Positions 18,809-29,254 of a stretch of DNA of 40,519 nt are shown piece by piece. The stretch covers positions 1 through 40,519 of the forward strand of contig CBDDCA010000001.1 in NCBI GenBank assembly GCA_965226055.1. The letters run 5' to 3'. A program made the translations under genes and the position numbers. Below the pieces are notes generated by a model, which worked only from the letters and a program-made list of their open reading frames with translations, made no database searches and was not told the origin of the DNA. The DNA is from Spirochaetia bacterium. GTDB taxonomy: Bacteria > Spirochaetota > Spirochaetia > WTKD01 > G963693115. Numbering within the stretch: the first letter of the stretch is position 1; the number at the start of each line of letters is the position of its first letter.

Positions 18809-19690
18809 ATGCAATGGTCATTAGAATCTATTTCTGCACTCATGCTTGAAGCAGCTCAATTAGCATTACAGCACCGTGACATGCTTGAGGTACAAGAAAA
18901 AAATACGAATTTTAGCACACAAAATGAAATTTATACAAATGTCGATACTGAGGTAGAACAGCTACTTAGCAACAAGCTCGCTGCTCCGAGTGAGCATCAC
19001 TATGTGTTAGGAGAAGAGACTGCAGAAGAGACATTACTCAACAACAATATGGAGTCGTTGTTTTCAAAAACAACGTGGGTCATTGATCCTATAGATGGCA
19101 CTCGTAATTTTGCAAATGGTCTCCCTTTATGGGGTATTAGTGTTGGGTATATTGAAAATTTAGAGTTTAAGGAAGGAGCAATTATCTTCCCTGATCTTCA
19201 AGAGTGCATGATAAGCTATAATGGGAATGTCTATTATTATACCTCTCCATGCTCGTTTCTTTCTCTGTCTTCTATAAATATATCTGATTTTAAGGAACTA
19301 AAGTATACTCCTATACAACATAACCATAGGGTATGGGCAGCCTCTAGCGCACAACAAATTCAAAGAGCTGCTACAAAATACAGTGCACATATTGCTCGTT
19401 CCTGTGTGTACTCTATTGCTAAAGTGCTTACAAATAATTTTTTTGCCTATATCGGAAAAGCAAAAATATGGGACTTTGCTGCATGTATTGCTTTGTTTCG
19501 TAATATACAAAAAGAAGTATACTACCACTCAACACAAACAAACACATTAGAAACACTTCCTTGGCACATCAACGACACTTTTTGGAGCAACAATCTCACT
19601 GCTATGAGAAAAGATCTAGTGTTTTGCCACGAATACAATTTAGGAATGTGTATTCTTCCCAATAGTAAGAGTACTTCCCATTCCCATTAA
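18809..19690 (+). CDS. Inositol monophosphatase family protein
   Basis: TNVD, GEE, WVIDPIDGTRNF and WDFAA motifs. Start moved to ATG 18809 to avoid overlap with the divergent gene. Confidence 0.9.
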   Translation: MQWSLESISALMLEAAQLALQHRDMLEVQEKNTNFSTQNEIYTNVDTEVEQLLSNKLAAPSEHHYVLGEETAEETLLNNNMESLFSKTTWVIDPIDGTRNFANGLPLWGISVGYIENLEFKEGAIIFPDLQECMISYNGNVYYYTSPCSFLSLSSINISDFKELKYTPIQHNHRVWAASSAQQIQRAATKYSAHIARSCVYSIAKVLTNNFFAYIGKAKIWDFAACIALFRNIQKEVYYHSTQTNTLETLPWHINDTFWSNNLTAMRKDLVFCHEYNLGMCILPNSKSTSHSH

Positions 19691-21033
19691 AATCTGTACA
19701 CGTACACTCTACTATTTCGTGCCATCTTTCTATACTGCATAAGACGCTTTTTAGGCAACTCTTCTACTGCTACTTGTACAAACCCCATGTGTTCAAGCCA
19801 ATCTCCTATAGTTTGGGTAAGACAATATACTTTACTGTACTGGCTCTGCTTTGCTTTTTTCAGCAGATACTCGACAATTTTTTTTCCTACGCCAAAACTA
19901 TCATAGCGAGATTGTACAGCAACACTTGCAATCTCAGCACTCGTTGCATCAAGCTCGTGTAATGCAGCAACGCCATATATTTCACCATCAACTTTGTATG
20001 ATACATAATCCCGAAACGATGCTCGAATTGCTTCAATATCCCTCAATACTAAAATGCCACTTTTCATATACGGAAGCATAATCGCATACACTGTTTCTAT
20101 ATCTTGTTCGGAAATAGTACCAATAGCTTGATATTCATCAGCATTTACCATAAACCCTATGCCTTGATCAAAAAATACTTCTATCAACAACGCTCCTTCT
20201 ATATTTCCATCAAGAAAATGCACGCGTTCAACTCCATGTTTCAGTGCATACACCGATGCACTGAGTATCTGTTGAAACATATATTGTATATTTCCAGAAT
20301 AGTGTTGTAAGTACTTTTGGGCTGATTCCAGTGTCATGCGTACTGCACTGCCTTGTTCAGAAAAATCCACATATTCAGTGTTATTTTCTGTTTGTAGCTC
20401 TTTTACCTTTAGCTCATTAAGCAATGTAGTACTTTCTTCATCTCGAAAGTAAATCAATTTTGATGCTCCTAATCTCACACTTATCTGTGCTGCAAGCTCA
20501 ACAGCCGATAAATAATACGGTTGTATTTTATTACTCCATCCTAGTGCAGGAATAATAGGAATAACAGAATCTTGCAATAACAGATGAATAAGACGGGTAT
20601 CAATTTTTTCGGGAATACCTGCATATAATAAATCTCTATTTTGCACTACCCCTTTTGTTCTTGCTCCCACCCAATTACCCACTACCGATGCTTGCTTATA
20701 TGTTGCAAAGAGAGCAAGCAATTTTCCTATAGTCTCAAAGGTTGCTCCCTCCAGTAACTCTACGTCTTCTTTTTGAATAACGACATCATTTTTCTGTAAA
20801 AAAGAAAAAGAGCGTCCAAACTGTGTAAACACACGTTTTACAGTGGATTGAATATCTGGTACTAATACCACCTTTATTTGAGATTCAAGTAAGCGAGTAA
20901 TATCTTGTATAAGAGAATAGAGAGCATGAGATTGTAACAAAGCATCATCAAAATAAATCACAAATATTTTGTGCTTATATCGTTTTGAATATGAAAAGAC
21001 ATCTCGTATTTGCTTGATTCTTTCTAGGTTCAT
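19687..21033 (-). CDS. argA: Amino-acid N-acetyltransferase (AAK + GNAT domains)
   Basis: GVERVHFLDG..EGALLIEVF...GIG, GILVLR, AEIASVAV and YCLTQT...W....GF motifs. Confidence 0.85.
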   Translation of the reverse strand: MNLERIKQIRDVFSYSKRYKHKIFVIYFDDALLQSHALYSLIQDITRLLESQIKVVLVPDIQSTVKRVFTQFGRSFSFLQKNDVVIQKEDVELLEGATFETIGKLLALFATYKQASVVGNWVGARTKGVVQNRDLLYAGIPEKIDTRLIHLLLQDSVIPIIPALGWSNKIQPYYLSAVELAAQISVRLGASKLIYFRDEESTTLLNELKVKELQTENNTEYVDFSEQGSAVRMTLESAQKYLQHYSGNIQYMFQQILSASVYALKHGVERVHFLDGNIEGALLIEVFFDQGIGFMVNADEYQAIGTISEQDIETVYAIMLPYMKSGILVLRDIEAIRASFRDYVSYKVDGEIYGVAALHELDATSAEIASVAVQSRYDSFGVGKKIVEYLLKKAKQSQYSKVYCLTQTIGDWLEHMGFVQVAVEELPKKRLMQYRKMARNSRVYVYRF

Positions 21034-21081
21034 CTATCTAAATTATAGCGATAATGGTATATCCATGCTATCGGCAAGTTT

Positions 21082-21356
21082 TTACACAAACATCCTTTGT
21101 AATAAGTCTTTCTTATACTGCTTTGTAAGTGCAACTTGCCTCTGTGCAAGTAATATTTTTGTGTCGAGGCTCTGCAGAAAAGAGGCTATCTTTTGTTGTT
21201 CGAGGAGGAAAAGACACTCTATTTGAAACTCTTTACTATCTTTTGAATGACATTATAATATTATTATTTAAGGGAACTTTCCATAAAAATATCAGCTATC
21301 TCCCCCAATGTTTCTCTTGCCAATCAGGAAAATCAGAGCCATCGTCCTGCTTGAAA
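21082..21356 (-). pseudogene. hsdS: Internally deleted hsdS remnant
   Basis: Retains FKQDDGSDFPDWQEK and EQQKIASFLQSLDTKILLAQRQVALTKQYKKDLLQRMFV*, close to both ends of 12274-13421. Stops and frameshifts lie between. Confidence 0.85.
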
Positions 21357-21394
21357 AGATATTGTAGTAACAGTCCTTTACTGCTCTTAAGGTT

Positions 21395-21431
21395 CTATAG
21401 CAAGAAAGGATAATTTCCTTTCTTGCTATAG
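21395..21431 (-). terminator. Perfect 16-bp inverted repeat after the large lipoprotein gene
   Basis: CTATAGCAAGAAAGGA-taatt-TCCTTTCTTGCTATAG. No clear U-tail. Confidence 0.6.
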
Positions 21432-21438
21432 GCATGCT

Positions 21439-24400
21439 CTATGATGAACACGCTGCATCACCTTTAACCTTTGGATACTGTGCTGTTTTGCCTTCCATAG
21501 CTGAGCCTTTAAAATCATTAGCATGTATGCTTGAATATTTACATAATTTCCACGATGATAAATCTTGATCAAATTTAGTAGCATTATTAAATAAATCAAT
21601 ATATGAAATATGTTTAAGAGCAACAACATTCCGCACATCCCAATCTCCTATATCTTGATTAAAAGAGCTGGCATAAGCAAATATACCAAACATATTAGTA
21701 ACCTTACTCACATCCCAATCTCCTATATCTTGATTAAAAGAACTAACTCTACGGAACATACTAGCCATATTCGTAACCTTACTCACATCCCAATCTCCTA
21801 TGTCTTGATTAAAAACAGAATTAGCAGGAAAACTAGAAAAAATACCGCTCATATCTGTTACATTACTGGTATTCCACCGTGTTATATCTCCATTAAAAGT
21901 ATTCAAATGCTCAAATAAAAAACTCATATCAGTAATAGCACTGGTATCTATCATGTTGAGGTTGGGGCTATTGGTGTTTTGTCTGCCTGCTCCTATTTCT
22001 GTAACGATAATAGCGTACAACGCTTCCCTTGTCGTTGGTCTGTAATAAGTAGCTGATTGTCCTGCTAGTTTCACCAGTCCTGTCTCTACATTGATAGTCG
22101 CAAGTACTTTTCCTCCTGAATAAGATCCCGAAGTAATTGTACATAGTACTACTCCATAGTTATACTCAGTAATAGCAGAGTCATGTATGTTTGATTTATT
22201 TGCTGTGCCTGTTATCGTTACTGTATTGGTATTTTTTGTAAACGATATTGTTAAGCCTGTTTCTTTTTTGAGTGTACTGTTATCGTTATCTATTGTGCTT
22301 TCATCACAGGTAAAGGTAAGCCCACTAGGACTGATACTGGCAAGTACTCTCGTAGTATGTGCTGATGTTGGTGCTGAGCCTACTGTTGCTGATACCTTTG
22401 TGGCATTTCCTATCGCTACTGCTGGCGTACTGGCAGATACTGCTGTTGCTTCTGCTGATACCTTTGTCTTTTTGAGGCTGTTTACTGCTACTGCGGTGAT
22501 ATAGTACTTTGTATTCAATCGTAGATTGCTTATTGTATAGCTTGTTGCTCCTGTTGATACATCGTCTTTTTCTGCTCCTTCTTGTGCATCGCTTGCTGCT
22601 TTTGCCTGTGTTTTTACTGTTGCTCCATCTATGTCTTTTGTTGAGGCTGCATAGTATACTATGTAATCTATTTGATTATCTCTTAAATCAGTTCCGTCTT
22701 CTGTCGTTCCTTTCACAGTAGGGGCTGTTATGGTAAGTACTATAGTAGCTCCTTGTGCATTTGCTTGTATGGTGGGCTTTCCTGGTGATACATAGGCTTC
22801 TTTTGTGATAAACTCTTTGCGTTGTCCTGTTGCTTCTTTGCTGGTATCGGTGCTGTTTACTGCTTGCACTACTATTTCGTAAGTTGTGCCTACTGTCAAT
22901 CCTGTCAGAGTGCTGTTGGTTGTGCCTGCTGCTACTGCTGTGGAGCTTCCTGCTGCTGTTTTTATTTGTGCTACTGTCCTCGTTGTACTGCCACTTTTGG
23001 CTACTTTGTATACTTTGTACGATACTTGTGCGGCTGTTAGGGCGTCTCCTTTGTTTGTTTTGTGGTTTGCATTGAGGCTGGGAGCTGTCCACGATATTGT
23101 TGCACTCCCTCCTGTTACTCCTCCTACTTGTATGTTGCTTACTTCTGCGGGAGCGGTCGCTTGTGATGCGGTTGTTACACTTGCCACTGTCGATACTGCT
23201 TTTTTGCTTGTGTCTGTTTTTACTGCTACTTCTACCACAAAGTGATACTTTGTTGCTCCTTTTATTGCTACTACTGGTGCTGTTTCGCTAGACAAGCCTA
23301 AACTGCTAAGGGCAGAGACAGTGTATACTCCACTACTTGCTGTGCCTATGTTTACTTTTCTGCCTGCTTGTACTTCTGCTACTGTTGGTGTTGTGTCTTT
23401 CTGTAAGCCGTATACTGTGTATACTAGCTCGTCATTGCTTGTTACTGTTGTGCCATCTTTGTTTTTTGCTCCTGTTATTGTGCTTAACTGTGTGAGTACG
23501 AGCTTTATTGTTCCTAATGTGTTTGTTGATGGTGATACTACCAGCTTGCCTGTTAAGGATGATGTAGGGGCTGTTGCTTTTGAGGTGGGGATAGTGCTGA
23601 GTTCTAGTTTTTGTATCAGTGCAGGGTCCTTGCTTTGTGCTTTCTTTGTTGCATAGGGATTGAGGCTATTTATTGCTTCTATGCCTATGGTGTATACTGC
23701 TCCTTTTGTTCCTATAAATGTTCCTCGTAAGCTGCTGTTTCCTGCTATCTCTTGTGTTTGTACTCCTCCCATTGCTTTTATTTCCGCTATAGTTTTAGTA
23801 CTCTGGTCTCCTGCTACTATGTATACTTTGTACTGTATTTGTGCTTGTGTGAGTTGTCTGTCATTGGGGGCTTTGTGCTTGCTGGTAATTGTTCCTTTTT
23901 GAAAATCATACTGTACGGTATCGCTTGTTTGTGTTGATGTTTCAATAAACAGTGATAGGCTTTCTGGTGCGGGTGGGACAGTGGATACTGCATCATATAC
24001 TGCTACTTTATCAGTGAGCGTTGTTGGGGGGCTTACTCTGTTATTCTCTACTGTGAGAAAGGTAAAGCTATAGCTTTTTGCATTTGCTTGCGTTGAGGAT
24101 ACTTCTACGCCATCTGCTATGCCAAAGCTAATGGTGGTTGCTGTACTTGTTATGCTTTTTTCTGCTACCAAGTTTGTGCCATCTAACATACGCAGAGTGT
24201 AGTACTTATTTGATCCAGGAGCTTGCTTAAAAGTTGCTTTTATTTGTATTGCTCCTGTACTTGTATCAAGTGTAGGCTTGCTTTGAAAGAGATCTTCTGA
24301 GGGAGCTGTGAGTGAGTTGGGGGTGCTTATGTCTTTTATGGCTTGGGTGCTTTTGTTTTCTGAGTAATCATAGGTGAGTATTGTTACGGTATATGTTTTG

Positions 24401-26049
24401 CCTTGCGTGAGTTCTTCGACAGAGAGTGACTTTGTGGGATAGGGTATTTTCTTCTCGCTCAGTACTGCGGTGCTTGTGCCTTTTTCTGCTATGCTTACGC
24501 TGTATTCTTTTATATCTTTGTTATTGGCTTTTGTTGTATCGGGTGCTGTCCATGTTATCTGTGTGCCTATCTTTGCTGCTGATACAAAGGGATAGCTTGC
24601 TTGTATGCTTGTCACTGCATCGGGGGCAGTGCTATCTGCTGATGTGGTTACTGTGGCTGTGGCTGTTGCTTCTGTTCCTTTGTTGCCTGCACTGTCCATT
24701 GATACGACTGCCACTGTATACTCGGTGGTTGCTTTGAGGCCTGTTATCTGTGTGTTGCGTACTGTTCTCTCTGTTATTGTTACTGTCTTTGCTGCTGTTG
24801 TGCTGTCCTTTTCTGTTACTGTTATAGTCACTCCTGCATAGTCTCGTACATCGGGGGCTTGCCAGCCTACTACTATGCTATCTGCTCCTCCTACTACACT
24901 TACATTGGTCGCGGGCTTTGTTGTCTTGTCTGTTGTTGCTTGTTCTTTTGACACTGCAGTGGAGTACTTTCCGTTTTGAGAAACATATACCTCTACTTTG
25001 TACGTAAGCGTGCCGTAGAGTTTTGTGAGTGCTATGCCGTCCTTTGCTACATACACAGTGGCGTACTCTTGATTGTCTGCACTTGCAGAACTGAGTTTGG
25101 CTGTACTGCTATTGTTCACAGTTGCTTCTGCTACTACTGTATTTGTTGCAGTTGCTATAACGCGTACTAAGAGGCTTTTGTCCGTAAAGGTAACATTTCC
25201 CCACTTGATAAGCAGGCTCTCATCGGCTGGACTATTGCTTTTATCGTTTGCTGTTACTGTAAGGTCTGCCTCTGACAGTGGCGTTACTGTTTGTGAAAGC
25301 TGGGATGCTTGCACGCCTGTCAATACTGTTGTAGGACTGCTTGTGTTATCATTTCTGTCTTTGTAGCGTATTTCTACATCATAGGATATACCTGCAAGCG
25401 TGGAGACCTTTGGAAGTATAACTTCTCCTTGCTGTAGGTTCTGCACGGTAGCTTGCGCAAGCACTATGCCACCAGTCGTGCTTTTTACCACTATTGTGGC
25501 TTCTGCTATGTCTGTTTTGCCTGATGCAAGTCGTTCTTTATCCCATGTTATCTTTATGCCGTCACCTGATTTTTCTACTCCTACCTGTGTCAAAGTGTCC
25601 TGTGGTGCAGTAGTATCTATCAGTGTTGTCACAGAGCGTGTTGTTTTTGGTGATACTTCTGTGTCTTTTTGTGCTTCTATCTCTACAGTGTAGTCGGTGA
25701 GTGCTTGTAAGCCTTTGAGTTGGTACGATTGTCCTTGTTGAAAGAGTGTTTGATATTCTATTGCAGGAACACGCACTTGTATTGATTGTGCTGGTACTGT
25801 TGATGTAGCTTTTACGACTACATGCGTGGCTTCGCTGGGAGCTTCCCAGCGTAACGAGAGTGTCCCATCGTTGCTTGCTACTTGTATCTGCACATTGGAC
25901 ACTGATGCGAGTGTCGGGGTTACTGGCGTTCCCCCTCCGCCTGATGAGGAACTGCTACTGCCCTCCGAACATCCTACGAGTACGAGGGTAGTCATTGCTA
26001 GCACTACTAGTATAGTCAGAGCTATTTTCTTTACCATTCCTTTTTTCAT
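21439..26049 (-). CDS. Large surface lipoprotein with multiple Fn3-like domains and C-terminal DUF285 repeats
   Basis: 1536 aa. Lipobox LVGC, Ser/Gly linker, repeated W..P / Y.V.V Fn3 patterns and FNQDIGDWDVSKVTNM repeats. SD AAGGAG. Confidence 0.85.
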   Translation of the reverse strand: MKKGMVKKIALTILVVLAMTTLVLVGCSEGSSSSSSGGGGTPVTPTLASVSNVQIQVASNDGTLSLRWEAPSEATHVVVKATSTVPAQSIQVRVPAIEYQTLFQQGQSYQLKGLQALTDYTVEIEAQKDTEVSPKTTRSVTTLIDTTAPQDTLTQVGVEKSGDGIKITWDKERLASGKTDIAEATIVVKSTTGGIVLAQATVQNLQQGEVILPKVSTLAGISYDVEIRYKDRNDNTSSPTTVLTGVQASQLSQTVTPLSEADLTVTANDKSNSPADESLLIKWGNVTFTDKSLLVRVIATATNTVVAEATVNNSSTAKLSSASADNQEYATVYVAKDGIALTKLYGTLTYKVEVYVSQNGKYSTAVSKEQATTDKTTKPATNVSVVGGADSIVVGWQAPDVRDYAGVTITVTEKDSTTAAKTVTITERTVRNTQITGLKATTEYTVAVVSMDSAGNKGTEATATATVTTSADSTAPDAVTSIQASYPFVSAAKIGTQITWTAPDTTKANNKDIKEYSVSIAEKGTSTAVLSEKKIPYPTKSLSVEELTQGKTYTVTILTYDYSENKSTQAIKDISTPNSLTAPSEDLFQSKPTLDTSTGAIQIKATFKQAPGSNKYYTLRMLDGTNLVAEKSITSTATTISFGIADGVEVSSTQANAKSYSFTFLTVENNRVSPPTTLTDKVAVYDAVSTVPPAPESLSLFIETSTQTSDTVQYDFQKGTITSKHKAPNDRQLTQAQIQYKVYIVAGDQSTKTIAEIKAMGGVQTQEIAGNSSLRGTFIGTKGAVYTIGIEAINSLNPYATKKAQSKDPALIQKLELSTIPTSKATAPTSSLTGKLVVSPSTNTLGTIKLVLTQLSTITGAKNKDGTTVTSNDELVYTVYGLQKDTTPTVAEVQAGRKVNIGTASSGVYTVSALSSLGLSSETAPVVAIKGATKYHFVVEVAVKTDTSKKAVSTVASVTTASQATAPAEVSNIQVGGVTGGSATISWTAPSLNANHKTNKGDALTAAQVSYKVYKVAKSGSTTRTVAQIKTAAGSSTAVAAGTTNSTLTGLTVGTTYEIVVQAVNSTDTSKEATGQRKEFITKEAYVSPGKPTIQANAQGATIVLTITAPTVKGTTEDGTDLRDNQIDYIVYYAASTKDIDGATVKTQAKAASDAQEGAEKDDVSTGATSYTISNLRLNTKYYITAVAVNSLKKTKVSAEATAVSASTPAVAIGNATKVSATVGSAPTSAHTTRVLASISPSGLTFTCDESTIDNDNSTLKKETGLTISFTKNTNTVTITGTANKSNIHDSAITEYNYGVVLCTITSGSYSGGKVLATINVETGLVKLAGQSATYYRPTTREALYAIIVTEIGAGRQNTNSPNLNMIDTSAITDMSFLFEHLNTFNGDITRWNTSNVTDMSGIFSSFPANSVFNQDIGDWDVSKVTNMASMFRRVSSFNQDIGDWDVSKVTNMFGIFAYASSFNQDIGDWDVRNVVALKHISYIDLFNNATKFDQDLSSWKLCKYSSIHANDFKGSAMEGKTAQYPKVKGDAACSS

Positions 26050-26150
26050 AATGATCTCCTTTTATTATTCATTATTACAATAAATACATTACATATAGCT
26101 ATTATTATAATAAAAAAACTATTTTTATGTATACTACATAACTTATAAAT

Positions 26151-26164
26151 AAAAAAAAAAAAAA
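26151..26164. repeat. A14 homopolymer in a divergent promoter region
   Basis: Read directly; about 100 nt upstream of the 26049 start codon. Confidence 0.9.
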
Positions 26165-26301
26165 TGCGTTAAAATTTACGTATAATATACATATACTCTT
26201 ACTGAGATATTTTTTAACACTTCTGCTCAGTTTCTAACTTGAATTTCCACAGAAAAAACAGTATAAGACAAATATTTATAAAAATACTAAAATACATATA
26301 T

Positions 26302-27096
26302 ATGAGTAAATCTGATTTCTCTTTTTATCTTGTGTGGGTAATTATATTTACAGTTATCAATATAGGCATCATTTTTTTGCTAGAATATTTTGAACTCATC
26401 CCTTTACTAAAAAAAACACTCTCTTCAAATACCACACAAGTACAGGATATACTTCCCCCTAACAATGAAACCACAATGCACAATGACAATGATATGCTAT
26501 CAGAGTATACTCCATTTCAGAAACAAACACGAAACCATATACCAGAGCCTCCCAAACAGCCCCCTCTTGATTCATCTTACAACCTCTCTTACAGCTATAG
26601 TATCCCCTCTTATTTTGAAAACATTGTACTAGAAGAAGAACCTACATTCCTCACAAATGATGGAAGCATCTTTCAGCTTGGATATATCAGTATCTCTGCT
26701 ATCTTTCCTTACCAATTTACCACCATATTACAACAGCAACTTCCTGCCGCCTTTCAAAATCAACAGAATACATCCCTTGTATTGTTTCGTGTATTACTTG
26801 GATGGAAAAATATTCCCACATTTACCGAACTGTATCAGCAACAAACACAGCGATCTTCTTCAATCACACTGATAGTACCTCCCCTTACTGTTCTTGAGTT
26901 GCAAATGTCAGATATAGCAACACTTGATACCAAAACACAAGATACTGTCTCTTCTCTTATACGACAAGAAATTGAACAACAACTACAGAGAAATAGCATT
27001 CCTAAAGAACTTAAAAGTAATGCACTTCGCATTTTAGGAGCTCAATACACACTCAATAATTTTCAAGACATCACCATGAGCTTTTTTACACAATAA
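26302..27096 (+). CDS. Hypothetical membrane-anchored protein
   Basis: Long ORF with one N-terminal TM segment. ATG 26302 preferred over TTG 26239. Confidence 0.6.
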   Translation: MSKSDFSFYLVWVIIFTVINIGIIFLLEYFELIPLLKKTLSSNTTQVQDILPPNNETTMHNDNDMLSEYTPFQKQTRNHIPEPPKQPPLDSSYNLSYSYSIPSYFENIVLEEEPTFLTNDGSIFQLGYISISAIFPYQFTTILQQQLPAAFQNQQNTSLVLFRVLLGWKNIPTFTELYQQQTQRSSSITLIVPPLTVLELQMSDIATLDTKTQDTVSSLIRQEIEQQLQRNSIPKELKSNALRILGAQYTLNNFQDITMSFFTQ

Positions 27097-27197
27097 CATA
27101 TCACAATGTATCAAAAACAAATAGTACAGCATTATTCTTTTCACCCTATATACATACAATATAGGCATACTTCATCATTCACTTATACAGTACCCCT

Positions 27198-28454
27198 ATG
27201 CTAACACATATCATCATCATTATTGTCTCGTTTCTTCTCTCCATGTTTTTTTCAGGAGTAGAAACTGCGTATACATCGCTTACCCGATTACAGCAACACA
27301 TTATCATTGCTAAATATCCCTTTCGAGGAAAACTCCTAGCTTCTCTTCTTAAAAATCCTATGCTTGTTCTCAGTACTATACTTATTGGAAACACCACTGC
27401 AAATACCAGCTTCTCTATTACCTTAAGTCAAATTGTAGTACATGTTTTTGGAAGCAATGCACTGGCAATAGCCACAGGAATTATCACTCTCTTTTTACTT
27501 ATATTTTGTGAGATAAGTCCTAAGCAGTTTTCTTTACAGTTTAATGAAAAAATAATTATAAAAGCAATTTTCCCTCTCTATATTTTTCAATATATCTTTT
27601 TACCGTTTTCACTTGTACTTAATCAAATAAGCACATTAGTGCAATTTATGATGAAAAAGAATACACAACAAAATACTGAACTTCTTACTCGAGCTCACCT
27701 TGCACATGTTTTTTATAGTGCACAATCGCTTGGTGAACTTGAAAGCGAATATACAAATACTATTATGCGTATTCTCAATTTCTCTACACTCTCAATAGAA
27801 TCAATTATGGTGCACAGACGTTCAGTAATCAGTATATCGGCTCAAAGTACCTTAGAAGAAGCACAGAGCATCACCAATAAATACATATATACTATGTACC
27901 CTGTATACGAACAGGATAACCAAGAACACATTGTAGGGATAGTACATCTCTACGATATTATAAAAGAACACAACAAACAAAAGACAATAAAACAGCTTAT
28001 GCAAAAAGCATTGTTTGTCCCTAAAAGCACCACAGTACATGAAGTAATAACACACATAAAGTATAAGGAAAATACAACAGCTATTATTATTGATGAGTTC
28101 GGTGGATTCTCAGGTATTGTAACTGTAAAAGATATTGTCAGTTATATTTTTGACTTTGATACAAAACATTATAATAAAGCACACACAGCAGAACTATTTA
28201 TTACATTAGATGCTAGACGGGTATTGTTAGACGCATTTGTCCCTGTCAATGAATTAGAAGAATACATAGGAAATGTACTAGAGACTCCCCCTGAATCAAA
28301 CACTATAGGAGGATATATTTTAGAATTGACTCAAAACATTCCTACAGTGGGAAATAGCGTACACACACCATTAGGAACATTTACAATTTTACGGGTAAAG
28401 CAAAATCGCATACAATCGCTCTTATGGATTCTCCCTCAATCAACAATGAGATAA
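27198..28454 (+). CDS. CNNM/DUF21-CBS-CorC (TlyC-like) transporter
   Basis: FFSGVETA, STILIGN, EISPK, IMVHR, IDEFGGFSGIVTVKDI and NTIGGYI motifs. Confidence 0.9.
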   Translation: MLTHIIIIIVSFLLSMFFSGVETAYTSLTRLQQHIIIAKYPFRGKLLASLLKNPMLVLSTILIGNTTANTSFSITLSQIVVHVFGSNALAIATGIITLFLLIFCEISPKQFSLQFNEKIIIKAIFPLYIFQYIFLPFSLVLNQISTLVQFMMKKNTQQNTELLTRAHLAHVFYSAQSLGELESEYTNTIMRILNFSTLSIESIMVHRRSVISISAQSTLEEAQSITNKYIYTMYPVYEQDNQEHIVGIVHLYDIIKEHNKQKTIKQLMQKALFVPKSTTVHEVITHIKYKENTTAIIIDEFGGFSGIVTVKDIVSYIFDFDTKHYNKAHTAELFITLDARRVLLDAFVPVNELEEYIGNVLETPPESNTIGGYILELTQNIPTVGNSVHTPLGTFTILRVKQNRIQSLLWILPQSTMR

Positions 28455-28456
28455 TA

Positions 28457-28540
28457 TACCAGCGGTGGGACTCGAACCCACACAGGATTGCTCCTATCAG
28501 ATTTTGAGTCTGACGTGTCTACCAATTTCACCACGCTGGC
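28457..28540 (-). tRNA. tRNA-Leu (CAA)
   Basis: GCCAGCG acceptor stem, D arm TGGTAGAC, anticodon arm TCAGA-CTCAAAA-TCTGA, long variable arm and GGTTCGAGTCC. CCA is not encoded. Confidence 0.97.
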
Positions 28541-28678
28541 ATATATATAGCATATCGCATTTATACAGTAAAGCACAAGCAATATTCTTTTTTCCAGCAT
28601 ATTTGGTTAGTAATGAGAATTTTCAATAATTTTCTCATTGCATATATTGAAATATTATATGCAATTTGTTTGCTTACA

Positions 28679-29254
28679 CTATCCGATGAATTTAAAAACA
28701 GTGATAAGCGTTGCTAGTACCGTAAACCCTGCAAATATATATACTTGTACAACATTTATTTTTTTATCCAATTTATCCATTCTTCCTGATAATTTACTTT
28801 CTACATGATCTATTTTTTCTACTGCATGATCTATTCTTTCTGATAGCTTGTTCTCTACATGGTCTATTCTTTCTGTTAGCTTGTTCTCTACAAGATCTAT
28901 TTTTTCTGATAGTTTGTTTTCTACATGGTCTATCCTTTCTGATAGTTTATTTTCTACATAGTCTATTCTTTCTGTTAGTTTGTTCTCTACATGGTTTATT
29001 TTTTCTGTTAGTTTGCTTTCTACATGGTCTATTCTTTCTGTTAGTTTGCTTTCTAAGTGATCTATTTTTTCTGATAGTTTATCTTCTACATGATCTATCT
29101 CTTTGGATAATAATTCATAGTGAGTAATAGGTTTTTTTAGTGATTTATTTTCTGTATCTTTTGAGGGTAGCTTTCTCTTTTTGGTAGAAAATATATTACT
29201 TGTCTTTCTCGTACTCTTTCTATTGTTTTGTGGTGTTATATATTGTTCTGCCAT
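28679..29254 (-). CDS. Bdr-like / DUF1640-like coiled-coil repeat protein with a C-terminal membrane anchor
   Basis: Nine 11-aa repeats of IDHVENKL(S/T)E(R/K) plus one 7-aa unit (33-bp DNA repeats). Hydrophobic C-terminus. Confidence 0.7.
   Translation of the reverse strand: MAEQYITPQNNRKSTRKTSNIFSTKKRKLPSKDTENKSLKKPITHYELLSKEIDHVEDKLSEKIDHLESKLTERIDHVESKLTEKINHVENKLTERIDYVENKLSERIDHVENKLSEKIDLVENKLTERIDHVENKLSERIDHAVEKIDHVESKLSGRMDKLDKKINVVQVYIFAGFTVLATLITVFKFIG

Noticed and set aside
18849-18859. Self-targeting by spacer 14060-14089 (AAGCAGCTCAA match)
   Set aside because: Only 11 nt match, which is expected by chance.
21610-26083. Numerous + strand ORFs opposite the large lipoprotein genes (also 159-3163)
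   Set aside because: They are antisense shadows caused by codon bias and have no independent coding signal.
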